From Vicinamibacteria bacterium (GTDB lineage Bacteria > Acidobacteriota > Vicinamibacteria > Marinacidobacterales > Marinacidobacteraceae), in the NCBI GenBank assembly GCA_963668695.2, contig CAXXLQ010000001.1:32001-96000 (forward strand): a DNA stretch of 64,000 nucleotides, read 5' to 3'. The position numbers and the translations under genes were made by a program. Shown piece by piece: positions 29,313-39,487 of this stretch (positions are counted from its first letter, which is position 1; each line of letters opens with the position of its first letter). The notes beneath the pieces are model-generated. The model saw only the letters and a program-made list of their open reading frames with translations, did no database searches and was not told the origin of the DNA.

Positions 29313-31754
29313 GTGATTCGCTTTTCCTCGAGTGCCCGCAAGGCGTGGCGAGCCTCCGCTGCGGGGTTTTTCTTCCTGCTGGCTGGCGGTTCACTCGTTG
29401 CCGCGGGCGCCGAACGCACGCCGGCGGAACCCGCCCCGCACCCCTCGGACCGGCGGGTCCAGAACACTCAGGACACGCAGGACGATCAGGACGATCAGGA
29501 TGACCTTGCCCTTTCGCCCCGCGGCGCGGGTCGGCTCGCCGAACCGCAGCAGGCGCCCGTCAGCTCGGCGATGGCCGAGCGGATCCTCGGCCCGCCCGCT
29601 CCCGCGGCGGGAGAAGCGGTTAGCCGCGACGCCGGCGGCCGGGTAACGCTCCGCGCGTTCCGGCTCGCCGAGCCGCTCACCGTGGACGGGGTGCTCGATG
29701 ACCCGGTGTACGACCAGGTCCCGGCGGCAGAAGGATTCCTGCAGCAGGAACCCGACGAGGGTGCTCCGGTGTCGGAGTCCACGCGCGTCTGGGTGCTCTA
29801 CGACGCGGACAGCCTCTACATCGCCGCCGAGCTGGAAGAGGACCACCCGGAGCGGCTGACGGCCGGCGAGATGCGTCGGGACCACCGAAACGTCGGCTGG
29901 AACGACAGCTTCTCGGTCATCCTCGACACCTTCTATGACCGGCGGAACGGCTTCTTGTTCCACACGAACTCCCTCGGCGCCCTGTTCGATGGCCAGGTGA
30001 CCGACGAGCGGAACACGAACAGCGATTGGAACACCGTGTGGTGGGTGAAGACTCGCCAGCTGGAGGACGGGTGGACGGTGGAGATCCGGATCCCGTTCCG
30101 CTCGCTCCGCTACGCGGCCGGCGGACCCCAGCTCTGGGGGATCAACTTCCGCCGCCTCATCAAGCACCGCAACGAACAGGTGTTCTTTACTCCGACGCCC
30201 CAGTCGTACAGCCGGAACGGACTGCTGCGGCTCTCCAACGCCGCGACGCTCGTCGGTCTCGAGGCGCCCGCCGGATCCAGGCGGATGGAACTGAAGCCGT
30301 ACGCGATCGGCTCGCAGAGCCACGTTCCCCTGAACGACGTGCTTAACGACTGGTCGGGCGACATCGGCGGCGACTTCAAGTTCGGCGTCACCGACGGGCT
30401 CACCGCCGACGTGACCTGGAACACCGACTTCGCGCAGGTCGAAGACGACGAGAGCCAGGTCAACCTGAGCCGCTTCAGCCTGTTCTACCCGGAAAAGCGC
30501 GAGTTCTTCCTCGAGGGCCAGGGGGTCTTCGACTTTGGCGGCCGGCAGTCGCGCGGCTTCGGAGGCGGCTCCGACGCTCCCATCCCGTTCTTCAGCCGGA
30601 CGATCGGCATCTCGGGCGGCAGCGCGGTTCCGATTCTCGGGGGCGGCCGGCTTCACGGCCGCACCGGCGCCTACACGATGGGCCTCATGAACATCCAGAC
30701 CGGGGAAGTGGGCGGCCTTGATGTGGAGAGCACGAACTTCAGCGCCGTCCGGGTGAAGCGGGACATCCTTTCGCGCTCCAACATCGGGGTGATCGCCACC
30801 CACCGGAACGTCGGCGCCGGCGGCTCCGGGGCGAATTCGCTCTACGGGGTGGACGGCAACTTCGCCCCGACCGACAACATCCGCATCAACACCTTCTACA
30901 TGGCGACGACCGAGCCCGGAGTCGAGAACGGGCACCAGGCCGCCACCTATATGGGCCAGTTCCGCTACGACACCGATCTGATCGATGTCACTGCCGAGCG
31001 TCTCTATCTCGGTGAGGACTTCAACCCGGGGATGGGCTTCGTCCGCCGCCGGGATTTCACGAAGAACGCCGGAAGCCTCCAGTTCTCGCCGCGCCCCCGC
31101 GGCATCAAGGCCATCCGCCAGTTCGAGTTCAAGGCCGGCGCGAAGAACTACGACCGCCCCGACGGTGAGATGGAGACCCGCGAGTACCAGGTCGACGCGC
31201 GAATCGTCTTCGAGAGCAGCGATCGCCTCATGTTCGACCACAGCGTGACCGAAGAGCGGCTCCTCGAGGGTTTCGACCTCTCGAGTGACGTTGGAATCCC
31301 CGCCGGCAACTATCGGTTCTCCCGGACCGGGGTAAGGGTGCGGATGGGATCCCATCGCTCCTTCTCGGGCATGTTCCGCTACGAGTTCGGTGACTTCTTC
31401 GGGGGCACCCGGCAACAGGTGAGTTATTGGGGACGCGCCGAGATGAACCAGCGCTTTTCCATCGAGCCGAACATCAGCCTCAACTGGATCGAGGTGCCCG
31501 GCGGCGAGGTACGGGCGCAGGTCAGCCGGCTCCGCGCCAGCTACACCGTCTCGCCCCGGAGTTTCCTGGGTGCGCTCGTCCAGTACAACTCGGCGGCGCA
31601 GCTACTTTCCGCGAACGTGCGTTTCCGCTGGGAGTATTCACCGGGCAGCGATCTCTTTGTCGTCTTCAGCACGAACCGCGACGGGGATGACGGGTTGGCG
31701 GGGCTCAGCGACCGGACGCTCGTCGTCAAGTTCACCCGTTTGTTCCGGTTTTAG
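29313..31754 (+). CDS. CBM9-like/DUF5916-type outer-membrane protein, paralog 2 (subfamily A)
   Basis: 813 aa, same motifs; QDT/QDD repeats in the N-terminal linker; a MITE starts right after the TAG stop. Confidence 0.85.
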   Translation: MIRFSSSARKAWRASAAGFFFLLAGGSLVAAGAERTPAEPAPHPSDRRVQNTQDTQDDQDDQDDLALSPRGAGRLAEPQQAPVSSAMAERILGPPAPAAGEAVSRDAGGRVTLRAFRLAEPLTVDGVLDDPVYDQVPAAEGFLQQEPDEGAPVSESTRVWVLYDADSLYIAAELEEDHPERLTAGEMRRDHRNVGWNDSFSVILDTFYDRRNGFLFHTNSLGALFDGQVTDERNTNSDWNTVWWVKTRQLEDGWTVEIRIPFRSLRYAAGGPQLWGINFRRLIKHRNEQVFFTPTPQSYSRNGLLRLSNAATLVGLEAPAGSRRMELKPYAIGSQSHVPLNDVLNDWSGDIGGDFKFGVTDGLTADVTWNTDFAQVEDDESQVNLSRFSLFYPEKREFFLEGQGVFDFGGRQSRGFGGGSDAPIPFFSRTIGISGGSAVPILGGGRLHGRTGAYTMGLMNIQTGEVGGLDVESTNFSAVRVKRDILSRSNIGVIATHRNVGAGGSGANSLYGVDGNFAPTDNIRINTFYMATTEPGVENGHQAATYMGQFRYDTDLIDVTAERLYLGEDFNPGMGFVRRRDFTKNAGSLQFSPRPRGIKAIRQFEFKAGAKNYDRPDGEMETREYQVDARIVFESSDRLMFDHSVTEERLLEGFDLSSDVGIPAGNYRFSRTGVRVRMGSHRSFSGMFRYEFGDFFGGTRQQVSYWGRAEMNQRFSIEPNISLNWIEVPGGEVRAQVSRLRASYTVSPRSFLGALVQYNSAAQLLSANVRFRWEYSPGSDLFVVFSTNRDGDDGLAGLSDRTLVVKFTRLFRF

Positions 31755-32183
31755 CAGCCCCTAGACAAGGTCGCGCGGCCCAGTTGCTGGGTAAACGCAG
31801 GTCCGACGTGCACCCACAATCTGGACGGCCGAGCCCTCGACAGAGCAGATGGCGCGCAGGCCCGGGAACGCCGGTGTTCACACCGGCACAGCGGCCCGCA
31901 GGGCCGCGGCGGTGCAGACCCCAACCGTCGGGATGGCTTCCTTCTCGGCGCGTGCCCCTCAAGGGCAGGATGGCGCGCGACAGCGGGCCCCCACCGGGAG
32001 AACTGGCCACCGGCCTCCGGCCGGCATCGCGCGGGAGCGCGAAACCTGCGGCGATGACGCCGGGCCCGGCCAACGTGAGTGCCACACCACCTTTCTCATG
32101 CGGGCGGGGTGAACGGGCGGACCCGATCATGGGGGTTTCTCCCGGTGGGGGCTCTTCGTTCGCGCGACCTTGTCTATGGGCTG
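31755..32183. mobile_element. MITE-like element between paralogs 2 and 3
   Basis: TTAG|CAGCCCCTAGACAAGGTCGCGCG ... CGCGCGACCTTGTCTATGGGCTG (23-bp near-perfect TIR); contains the REP palindrome and CCCCCACCGGGAGAACTGG. Confidence 0.75.
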
Positions 32184-32309
32184 CCGACCCGTTTTCGGAC
32201 GCCGCTCTCCGCCGTTGCGGCGCCCCCCGGAACGCGTTGGGAAGGGGGGACCAATTCCGGTAAACTGGCCGTTGGTCTTCGAGTCTCCTCGCGCCGAGTT
32301 CCGGGTGCC

Positions 32310-34796
32310 GTGCATCGCCTTTCACTGACTTCCCGCAACGTCTCGGGAGCTGCCGTCGGGTGGCTTTCCTTTCTGCTGGCGGGAGCTTCCCTGGGCGCCG
32401 CGGGGACACTCCCCGGGCCTGACGGACCCGCTCCTCCGCCCCCCCCAGATCCGGGGCCAAACCCGGGGCCAAACCCGGGGCCAAACCCGGAGTTTGACCG
32501 GCGCGTCCAGGATGATGAGGACGGCTTCGCCCGGGACGATTTCGGGATGCCGAGCCGGGGCGCGGGACGGCTCGCCGAAAACCAGCAGGCGTCCCTCAGT
32601 TCGGCCATGGCGGGCCGGATCCTCGGCCCCCCGGCGCCCGCGGCCGGGGAAGCCGTCAGCCGCGACGCCGACGGCCGGGTGACGCTGCGCGCGTTCCGGC
32701 TGGCCGAGCCGCTCACCGTGGACGGAGTGCTCGACGACCCGGTGTACGACCAGGTGCCGGCGGCGGGCGGGTTCCTGCAGCAGGAGCCCGACGAGGGTGC
32801 TCCGGCGTCGGAGTCCACGCGCGTTTGGGTGCTCTACGACGCGGACAACCTCTACATCGCCGCCGAGCTGGAAGAAGAACATCCGGAGCGCCTGATGGCC
32901 AGCGAGATGCGCCGCGACCACCGGAGCATCGGTTGGAACGACAGCTTCCAGATCGTTCTCGACACCTTCTACGATCGGCGGAACGGCTTCTTGTTCCACA
33001 CGAACGCGCTGGGCGCCCTCTTCGACGCCCAGGTAACGGACGAGCGGAACACCAACAGCGACTGGAACACCGTCTGGTGGGTGAAGAGCCAAGTGGTGGA
33101 AGAGGGGTGGACGGTGGAAATCCGGATCCCGTTCCGTTCACTCCGCTACGTCGCCGGCGGACCCCAGCTCTGGGGAATCAATTTCCAGCGCAACATCAAG
33201 CACAAGAACGAGAAGGTGTTCTTCACCCCGACGCCCCAGGCGTACAACCGGGACGGGCTGGTGCGGCTGTCGAACGCGGCGACGCTGGTGGGTCTCGAGG
33301 CCCCGGCCGGCTCGCGGCGGATGGAGCTGAAGCCCTATGCGATCGGCTCCCAGACGCACGCTCCCCTGAGGGACATCAACAACGAGTGGTCCGGCGACAT
33401 CGGCGGCGACTTCAAGTTCGGCGTCACCGACGGGCTCACCGCCGACCTCACCTGGAACACCGACTTCGCGCAGGTCGAAGACGACGAGAGCCAGGTCAAC
33501 CTGAGCCGCTTCAGCCTGTTCTACCCGGAAAAGCGCGAGTTCTTCCTTGAAGGGCAGGGGGTGTTCGACTTCGGAGGCCGGCAGACCCGGGCGTTCGGGG
33601 GTGGCGGGCCGTCCGACGCTCCCATCCCGTTCTTCAGCCGGGCGATCGGCATCTCGGGCGGCAGCTCGGTGCCGATTCTCGGGGGTGCGCGCCTCCACGG
33701 CCGCACCGGCGCCTACACGATGGGCCTCATGAACATCCAGACCGGGGAAACGGCCGGTCTGGACGTGGAGAGCACGAACTTCAGCGCCTTCCGAATGAAG
33801 CGCGACCTCTTTTCGCGCTCCAACATCGGGGTCATCGCCACCCACCGGAACATCAATGCTGACGGTTCGGGATCGAATTCGCTCTACGGGGTGGACGGCA
33901 ACTTCAACCCCAGCGACAACATCCGGATCAACTCCTTCTACATGGCGACGAGCGAGCCGGGAGTCGAAACCGGGCACCAGGCGGCCAGCTACATGGGCCA
34001 ATTCAATTACGACACCGACCTGATCGACCTGACCGCGGAGCGCCTCTACCTGGGTGAGGACTTCAATCCCGGCATGGGTTTTGTCCGCCGGCGGGATTTC
34101 ACGAAGAACGGCGCCAGCTTCCAGTTGTCCCCGCGTCCCCGCGGCATCGAGGCGATCCGGCAGTTCGAGTTGAAGTTCGACGCCAACAACTATGACCGTC
34201 CCGACGGCGAGATGGAGACGCGGAAGTACAAGTTCGAAGGAAAGGCCATCCTCGAGAGTAGCGACCGTCTCATGGTGGATCACACCATGACCGAAGAGCG
34301 CCTGCTCGACGGTTTCGACCTCTCCACCGAGGTCGCGGTTCCCGCCGGCAACTACCGCTTCAACCGTACCGGGCTCCGCCTCTGGCTGGGAACGCACCGT
34401 TCGTTCTCGGGGTACTTCCGTTACGAGTTTGGTGACTTCTTCGGCGGCACCCGCCGGGAGGTGAGCTACTGGGGACGCACCGAGGTGAGCCAGCGGCTGT
34501 CCATGGAGCCGAACATCAGCCTCAACTGGATCGAGGTGCCCGGAGGCGAGGTGCAGGCGCAGGTCAGCAGCCTCCGCGCCACCTACACGGTGTCTCCCCG
34601 CAGTTTCCTGGGCGCGCTCGTCCAGTACAACTCGGCGGCGCAACTGATGTCCGCGAACGTCCGTTTCCGCTGGGAATACTCGCCGGGCAGCGACGTGTTC
34701 GTGGTCTTCAGCACGAACCGCGACGGGGACGACGGTCTCGCCGGGCTGACCGACCGGGCGCTGGTCGTCAAGTTCACCCGGCTGTTCCGGTTCTGA
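32310..34796 (+). CDS. CBM9-like/DUF5916-type outer-membrane protein, paralog 3 (subfamily A)
   Basis: GTG 32310 chosen by homology to the paralog 1 start and by promoter spacing; (PGPN)x3 linker; same motifs. Confidence 0.85.
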   Translation: MHRLSLTSRNVSGAAVGWLSFLLAGASLGAAGTLPGPDGPAPPPPPDPGPNPGPNPGPNPEFDRRVQDDEDGFARDDFGMPSRGAGRLAENQQASLSSAMAGRILGPPAPAAGEAVSRDADGRVTLRAFRLAEPLTVDGVLDDPVYDQVPAAGGFLQQEPDEGAPASESTRVWVLYDADNLYIAAELEEEHPERLMASEMRRDHRSIGWNDSFQIVLDTFYDRRNGFLFHTNALGALFDAQVTDERNTNSDWNTVWWVKSQVVEEGWTVEIRIPFRSLRYVAGGPQLWGINFQRNIKHKNEKVFFTPTPQAYNRDGLVRLSNAATLVGLEAPAGSRRMELKPYAIGSQTHAPLRDINNEWSGDIGGDFKFGVTDGLTADLTWNTDFAQVEDDESQVNLSRFSLFYPEKREFFLEGQGVFDFGGRQTRAFGGGGPSDAPIPFFSRAIGISGGSSVPILGGARLHGRTGAYTMGLMNIQTGETAGLDVESTNFSAFRMKRDLFSRSNIGVIATHRNINADGSGSNSLYGVDGNFNPSDNIRINSFYMATSEPGVETGHQAASYMGQFNYDTDLIDLTAERLYLGEDFNPGMGFVRRRDFTKNGASFQLSPRPRGIEAIRQFELKFDANNYDRPDGEMETRKYKFEGKAILESSDRLMVDHTMTEERLLDGFDLSTEVAVPAGNYRFNRTGLRLWLGTHRSFSGYFRYEFGDFFGGTRREVSYWGRTEVSQRLSMEPNISLNWIEVPGGEVQAQVSSLRATYTVSPRSFLGALVQYNSAAQLMSANVRFRWEYSPGSDVFVVFSTNRDGDDGLAGLTDRALVVKFTRLFRF

Positions 34797-37102
34797 CGCG
34801 GGGCTCCGCACTGCCGTACGGGTGGCGTTTCGGCGCGCTCGCCGCCTGTCTGATCTGGGTCCCGGCCGCCGCTATGCCGGTGCCGGGGCAGCCCCCGCCG
34901 GCCCCCGTGATCCACGGTCCCGCGCCGCCGGACCCCCCGGCGATGATCCGGCGGGACGATCAGGGTGGCGCCACCATTCGGGCCGTCCGCCTCCAAGAGC
35001 CGCTCGACTTCGACGGCCGCCTCGATGAAGCCATCTACGAGCAGGTTCCCGGAATCAGCGATTTCATCCAGACCGAGCCGCTCGAAGGAGCACCGGCCAC
35101 CGAAAAGACCGAGGTCTGGGTCTTTTTCGACGACGAGGCGATCTACATCGCCGGACGCTGCTGGGACACCCAACCCCACCGGATCGTGGCCACCGAACTC
35201 CGGCGCGACCACGGGAGCATCTGGCTCAACCAGCACCTGGCCGTCACCTTCGACACCTTCTACGACCGCCGGAACGCCTTCATCTTTTACCTGAACCCCC
35301 TGGGCGGGTTCTTCGACGGCCTCATCACGGACGAACGGAACTTCAACCGCGACTGGACCGCGGTATGGGATTCTCGGACCGCGCGTTTCGAGGGCGGTTG
35401 GACGACCGAACTGCGGTTCCCGTTCAAGACCCTCCGCTACCCCGCCGCGGGCCCACAGGTCTGGGGCATCAACTTCCGCCGGGTCGTCCGCTGGAAGAAC
35501 GAAATCTCCTACCTGACCCGGCTCCCGGCCGCCCTCGGGATCTGGTCGATCACCAAGGTGAGTTCCTATGCGACCCTGGTCGGCCTCGAGGCGCCGCCCA
35601 GCTCCCGGACCATAGAGGTGAAGCCGTACCTCACGGGTGACGCCGCCGGGGCCCAGGTCGAGAGCGGCGTCCTCGACCGGGACTTCGGGGGCGATTTCGG
35701 GGTGGACGCCAAGGTCGGGATCACCAGCGGGCTGACTGCCGATCTGACCTGGAACACCGACTTCGCGCAGGTCGAGGCGGACGCCCAACAGATCAACCTG
35801 ACCCGTTTCAGCCTGTTCTTCCCCGAAAAGCGCGAGTTCTTTCTCGAAGGGCAGGGGCTCTTCGCCTTCGGGACCTCGGAGCGCACCCCGCGCGCCTCGA
35901 GCCGCAGGTTCGGGGCGCCGAGCAGCGTCCCGCTCCTCTTCTTCAGCCGCCGGATCGGAATCGCCGGAAACCAGGTGGCGCCGATTCGTGGCGGCGCCCG
36001 GGTGACGGGAAAACTCGGCGACTTCGGCGTCGGTGCGCTCGCGATCCGTAGCGGCGAGAGCGTCGCCGCGGGCGTCCCGGAAACCGACTTCTCGGTATTC
36101 CGGCTGAAGCGGGACATCCTGAGCCGCAGCACCGTCGGGGTGATGGGCACCTACCGCTCGGGCACCGGAGACGGCCGGGGGAGCAACGCCGCCTACGGGA
36201 TGGACGCGCGTTTCGGGTTGTATGAGAACCTCGACATCCGCAGCTACGCGGCCTGGACGCAGAACGAACACGACGACCGGACCGGCATGAGCTACCGGGG
36301 CCAGCTCGACTACCAGGCCGACCGTTACGGACTCCAATTCGAGCGGCTGGTGGTCGGCGAGGGCTTCGATCCCGGGCTCGGCTTCCTGCCCCGCCGGGAC
36401 TTCCAGCGCAACTACGCGGAGGCGCGCTTCAGTCCCCGGCCGCGCTCGATCTCCTGGCTGCGGAAGATCGGTGGGACCGGCAGTCTCGACTACACCACGG
36501 ACAACGACGGGAATCTGGAAACCCGGATCTTCGCGCTCCGGTCCGACGTCGCGTTGGAGAACGGGGACAGCGCCCAGTTCCAGTTGGCCCGGAACCGGGA
36601 GGTGCTTCACGAGGAATTCCGGCTGGCCGGCGACCTTGCGGTGGCCGCCGGCGCCCACGACTTCGACTACGCCAGCCTCAGCTACCGGGCCGGGCCCCAG
36701 CGGCCGATCTCGGGGACCTTCGCCTATCAGCAGGGCGGGTTCTTCTCGGGGACCCGGCGCGAACTCGCCTGGCGCGGCCGGCTCGAGGTCGTTCCCCACC
36801 TCATCGTCGAGCCCATCATCTCTCTGAACTGGATCGCCCTTCCGGACGGCGATTACAACACCCGGCTGGTCGCTTCGCGAATCAACTACAACCTTTCTCC
36901 CCGGAGCTTTCTTGCCGCGTTCCTCCAGTACAACACCGCCGCGAACAGCCTTTCGACGAATATCAGGTTCCGCTGGGAGTATCAGCCGGGCAGCGACATC
37001 TATCTCGTCTACAACTCGGTCCGCGACACCCTGATGCCCGGCTATCCCGAACTCGACACGCAGGCGTTCATCGTCAAGTTCACGCGTCTCTTCCGCTTCT
37101 GA
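34793..37102 (+). CDS. CBM9-like/DUF5916-type outer-membrane protein, paralog 4 (subfamily B)
   Basis: The ORF-track start 34874 lacks a signal peptide. A signal-like stretch 'WRFGALAACLIWVPAAA' is in frame upstream, reachable from CTG 34793 or 34811. Start uncertain. Confidence 0.8.
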   Translation: MTRGSALPYGWRFGALAACLIWVPAAAMPVPGQPPPAPVIHGPAPPDPPAMIRRDDQGGATIRAVRLQEPLDFDGRLDEAIYEQVPGISDFIQTEPLEGAPATEKTEVWVFFDDEAIYIAGRCWDTQPHRIVATELRRDHGSIWLNQHLAVTFDTFYDRRNAFIFYLNPLGGFFDGLITDERNFNRDWTAVWDSRTARFEGGWTTELRFPFKTLRYPAAGPQVWGINFRRVVRWKNEISYLTRLPAALGIWSITKVSSYATLVGLEAPPSSRTIEVKPYLTGDAAGAQVESGVLDRDFGGDFGVDAKVGITSGLTADLTWNTDFAQVEADAQQINLTRFSLFFPEKREFFLEGQGLFAFGTSERTPRASSRRFGAPSSVPLLFFSRRIGIAGNQVAPIRGGARVTGKLGDFGVGALAIRSGESVAAGVPETDFSVFRLKRDILSRSTVGVMGTYRSGTGDGRGSNAAYGMDARFGLYENLDIRSYAAWTQNEHDDRTGMSYRGQLDYQADRYGLQFERLVVGEGFDPGLGFLPRRDFQRNYAEARFSPRPRSISWLRKIGGTGSLDYTTDNDGNLETRIFALRSDVALENGDSAQFQLARNREVLHEEFRLAGDLAVAAGAHDFDYASLSYRAGPQRPISGTFAYQQGGFFSGTRRELAWRGRLEVVPHLIVEPIISLNWIALPDGDYNTRLVASRINYNLSPRSFLAAFLQYNTAANSLSTNIRFRWEYQPGSDIYLVYNSVRDTLMPGYPELDTQAFIVKFTRLFRF

Positions 37103-37124
37103 CGTTCGCCATAGAGCTCCCGGT

Positions 37125-39458
37125 TTGGCCCGCTCCGCATTCGTTTTTCTCGTCGCGGGCGCCGTCCTGATCGCGCCGGACTTGCTGTGGGGGCAATCCG
37201 GAGACCCCGGGGAGCGCCAGGACGGGCAGCGCTCGGCGCCGGCGCCCACCTTCGCGGTGCGCGGACCCGCTCCCCCCGACCTCCCCGAGATGGTCCGCCG
37301 CGACGAGGCCGGCGGGGCCACCATGCGCGCCACCCGTCTCACCGAGCCGTTCGAACTGGACGGCCGCCTTGACGACGCCATCTACGACCGGGTGCCCGGG
37401 GTGGGCGGTTTCATCCAGGCGCTGCCCCTCGAAGGCGAACCGGCCACCGAGCCGACCGACGTCTGGGTCTTCTACGACGACGAAGCGGTGTACATCGCCG
37501 GCAGGTGCTGGGACAGCCAGCCCCACCGCATGGTGGCGACCGAGATGCGCCGGGACAACTTCGGCATCTTCAACAACGAGAATCTCGCGGTCATCCTGGA
37601 CACCTTCTACGACCGCCGGAACGCCTTCTTCTTCTACATGAACCCGATCGGCGGGTTCTTCGACGGCCTCATCGCGGACGAGAACCCCCCCAACCGGGAC
37701 TGGACCGCGGTCTGGGACTCCCGGGCGGCCCGGTTCGAAAACGGCTGGACCATGGAGATGCGGATCCCGTTCAAGACGTTGCGCTACGCGAGCGGCGGCC
37801 CCCAGGTCTGGGGGATCAACTTCCGCCGCATCGTGCGCTGGAAGAACGAGCTTTCCTTCCTCACCCGGGTCCCCGCGGCCCTCGGACCCCGTGCCATCAC
37901 CAAGATCAGTTCGGCGGGAACGCTCGTCGGCCTGGAGGCGCCCACCAGTTCCCGGACCGTCGAGGTGAAGCCCTACCTCATCGGGGACGCCGCCGGAATC
38001 CGCGCCGACGCCAGCGGGCTGGAACGGGACTACGGCGGCGACTTCGGGGTGGACGCCAAGGTCGGGATCACCAGCGGCCTCATCGCCGACCTCACCTGGA
38101 ACACCGACTTCGCCCAGGTGGAGGCCGATGCCCAGCAGATCAACCTTACCCGCTTCAGCCTCTTCTTTCCCGAGAAGCGGGAGTTCTTCCTCGAAGGGCA
38201 GGGGACCTTCAGCTTCGGCACTTCGAGCCGCAGCCCTCCCGCGGGATCGACGCGCAGCTTCGGCCCGCCCAGCAGCACCCCGGTGCTCTTCTTCAGCCGC
38301 CAGATCGGGATCGCCGGCGGTCAGGTGGTGCCCGTCCTCGGCGGGGGACGGGTGACCGGCAAGCTCGGCGACTTCGGGGTCGGGGCGCTCGCCATCCGCA
38401 CCGGAGGGAACAACGCTGCGGGTGCCCCGGAGACCGACTTCTCGGTCCTGCGGCTGAAGCGGGACATCCTGAACCGCAGCACCGTGGGCGTCATGGGCAC
38501 CTACCGCTCCCACACCGCCAGCGGGCTGGGACGGAACTTCGCCTATGGGATGGACGCCCGCTTCGGGTTCTTCGAAAACCTCACCATCCAGTCCTACGCC
38601 GCCTGGACCCAGAACGAACTCGAGGACGGGACCGGGATGAGCTACCTGGGTCAGCTCGAATACAACGGCGACCGGTACGGGCTGAAGACGGAACGGCTCG
38701 TGGTCGGAGACGGCTTCGATCCCGGCATCGGGTTCCTGCGCCGCCGGGATTTCCAGCGCAACTACGCCGAGGCGCGCTTCAGCCCCCGGCCGCATTCGAT
38801 CTCCTGGCTGCGCCAGATCGGCTGGACCGGCAGTATCGACTACACCACCGACAACGAGGCGGTCCTCGAGACCCGGATCCTCCAACTTCGAACGGAGGTC
38901 GAACTCGAAAACGGGGACCGGCTGAACGTGGACGCCGCCCGGAACCACGAGGTTCTCAGCGAAGAGTTCGTCCTGGACGCTGACGAAGGGATCGGCGTGG
39001 GGGTGGGTCCTTACGACTTCGACCACCTCAGGGTCGCCTACCAGGCGGGGCCGCAGCGTCCCATCTCGGGCAACTTCGCCTACCAGCAGGGGGGCTTCTT
39101 CTCCGGGACGCGCCGCGAGGCAGTGTGGCGCGGACGGGTCGAGGTGACGACGCGCTTCTCCCTCGAGCCCACCCTTTCGATGAACTGGATTGACCTCCCG
39201 ACCGGCGAGTACGACACCAACCTGATCGCGTCCCGGATCAACTACACGCTCTCGCCGCGCAGCTTTCTCGCAGCGTTCCTCCAGTACAACACCGCCGCGA
39301 ACAACCTCTCGACGAACGTCCGCTTCCGTTGGGAGTACGAACCGGGCAGCGACCTCTACGTCGCCTACAACTCGCTGCGGGACACCCTGGCGCCGGGCTA
39401 CCCCGAACTGAACACCCAGTCGTTCATCGTCAAGTTCACGCGTCTCTTCCGGTTCTGA
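37125..39458 (+). CDS. CBM9-like/DUF5916-type outer-membrane protein, paralog 5 (subfamily B)
   Basis: 777 aa, TTG start, signal peptide, same motifs, ends FTRLFRF. Confidence 0.85.
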   Translation: MARSAFVFLVAGAVLIAPDLLWGQSGDPGERQDGQRSAPAPTFAVRGPAPPDLPEMVRRDEAGGATMRATRLTEPFELDGRLDDAIYDRVPGVGGFIQALPLEGEPATEPTDVWVFYDDEAVYIAGRCWDSQPHRMVATEMRRDNFGIFNNENLAVILDTFYDRRNAFFFYMNPIGGFFDGLIADENPPNRDWTAVWDSRAARFENGWTMEMRIPFKTLRYASGGPQVWGINFRRIVRWKNELSFLTRVPAALGPRAITKISSAGTLVGLEAPTSSRTVEVKPYLIGDAAGIRADASGLERDYGGDFGVDAKVGITSGLIADLTWNTDFAQVEADAQQINLTRFSLFFPEKREFFLEGQGTFSFGTSSRSPPAGSTRSFGPPSSTPVLFFSRQIGIAGGQVVPVLGGGRVTGKLGDFGVGALAIRTGGNNAAGAPETDFSVLRLKRDILNRSTVGVMGTYRSHTASGLGRNFAYGMDARFGFFENLTIQSYAAWTQNELEDGTGMSYLGQLEYNGDRYGLKTERLVVGDGFDPGIGFLRRRDFQRNYAEARFSPRPHSISWLRQIGWTGSIDYTTDNEAVLETRILQLRTEVELENGDRLNVDAARNHEVLSEEFVLDADEGIGVGVGPYDFDHLRVAYQAGPQRPISGNFAYQQGGFFSGTRREAVWRGRVEVTTRFSLEPTLSMNWIDLPTGEYDTNLIASRINYTLSPRSFLAAFLQYNTAANNLSTNVRFRWEYEPGSDLYVAYNSLRDTLAPGYPELNTQSFIVKFTRLFRF

Positions 39459-39487
39459 CAAGCTGTCACTCGCCCGAGTTCTTTCTC

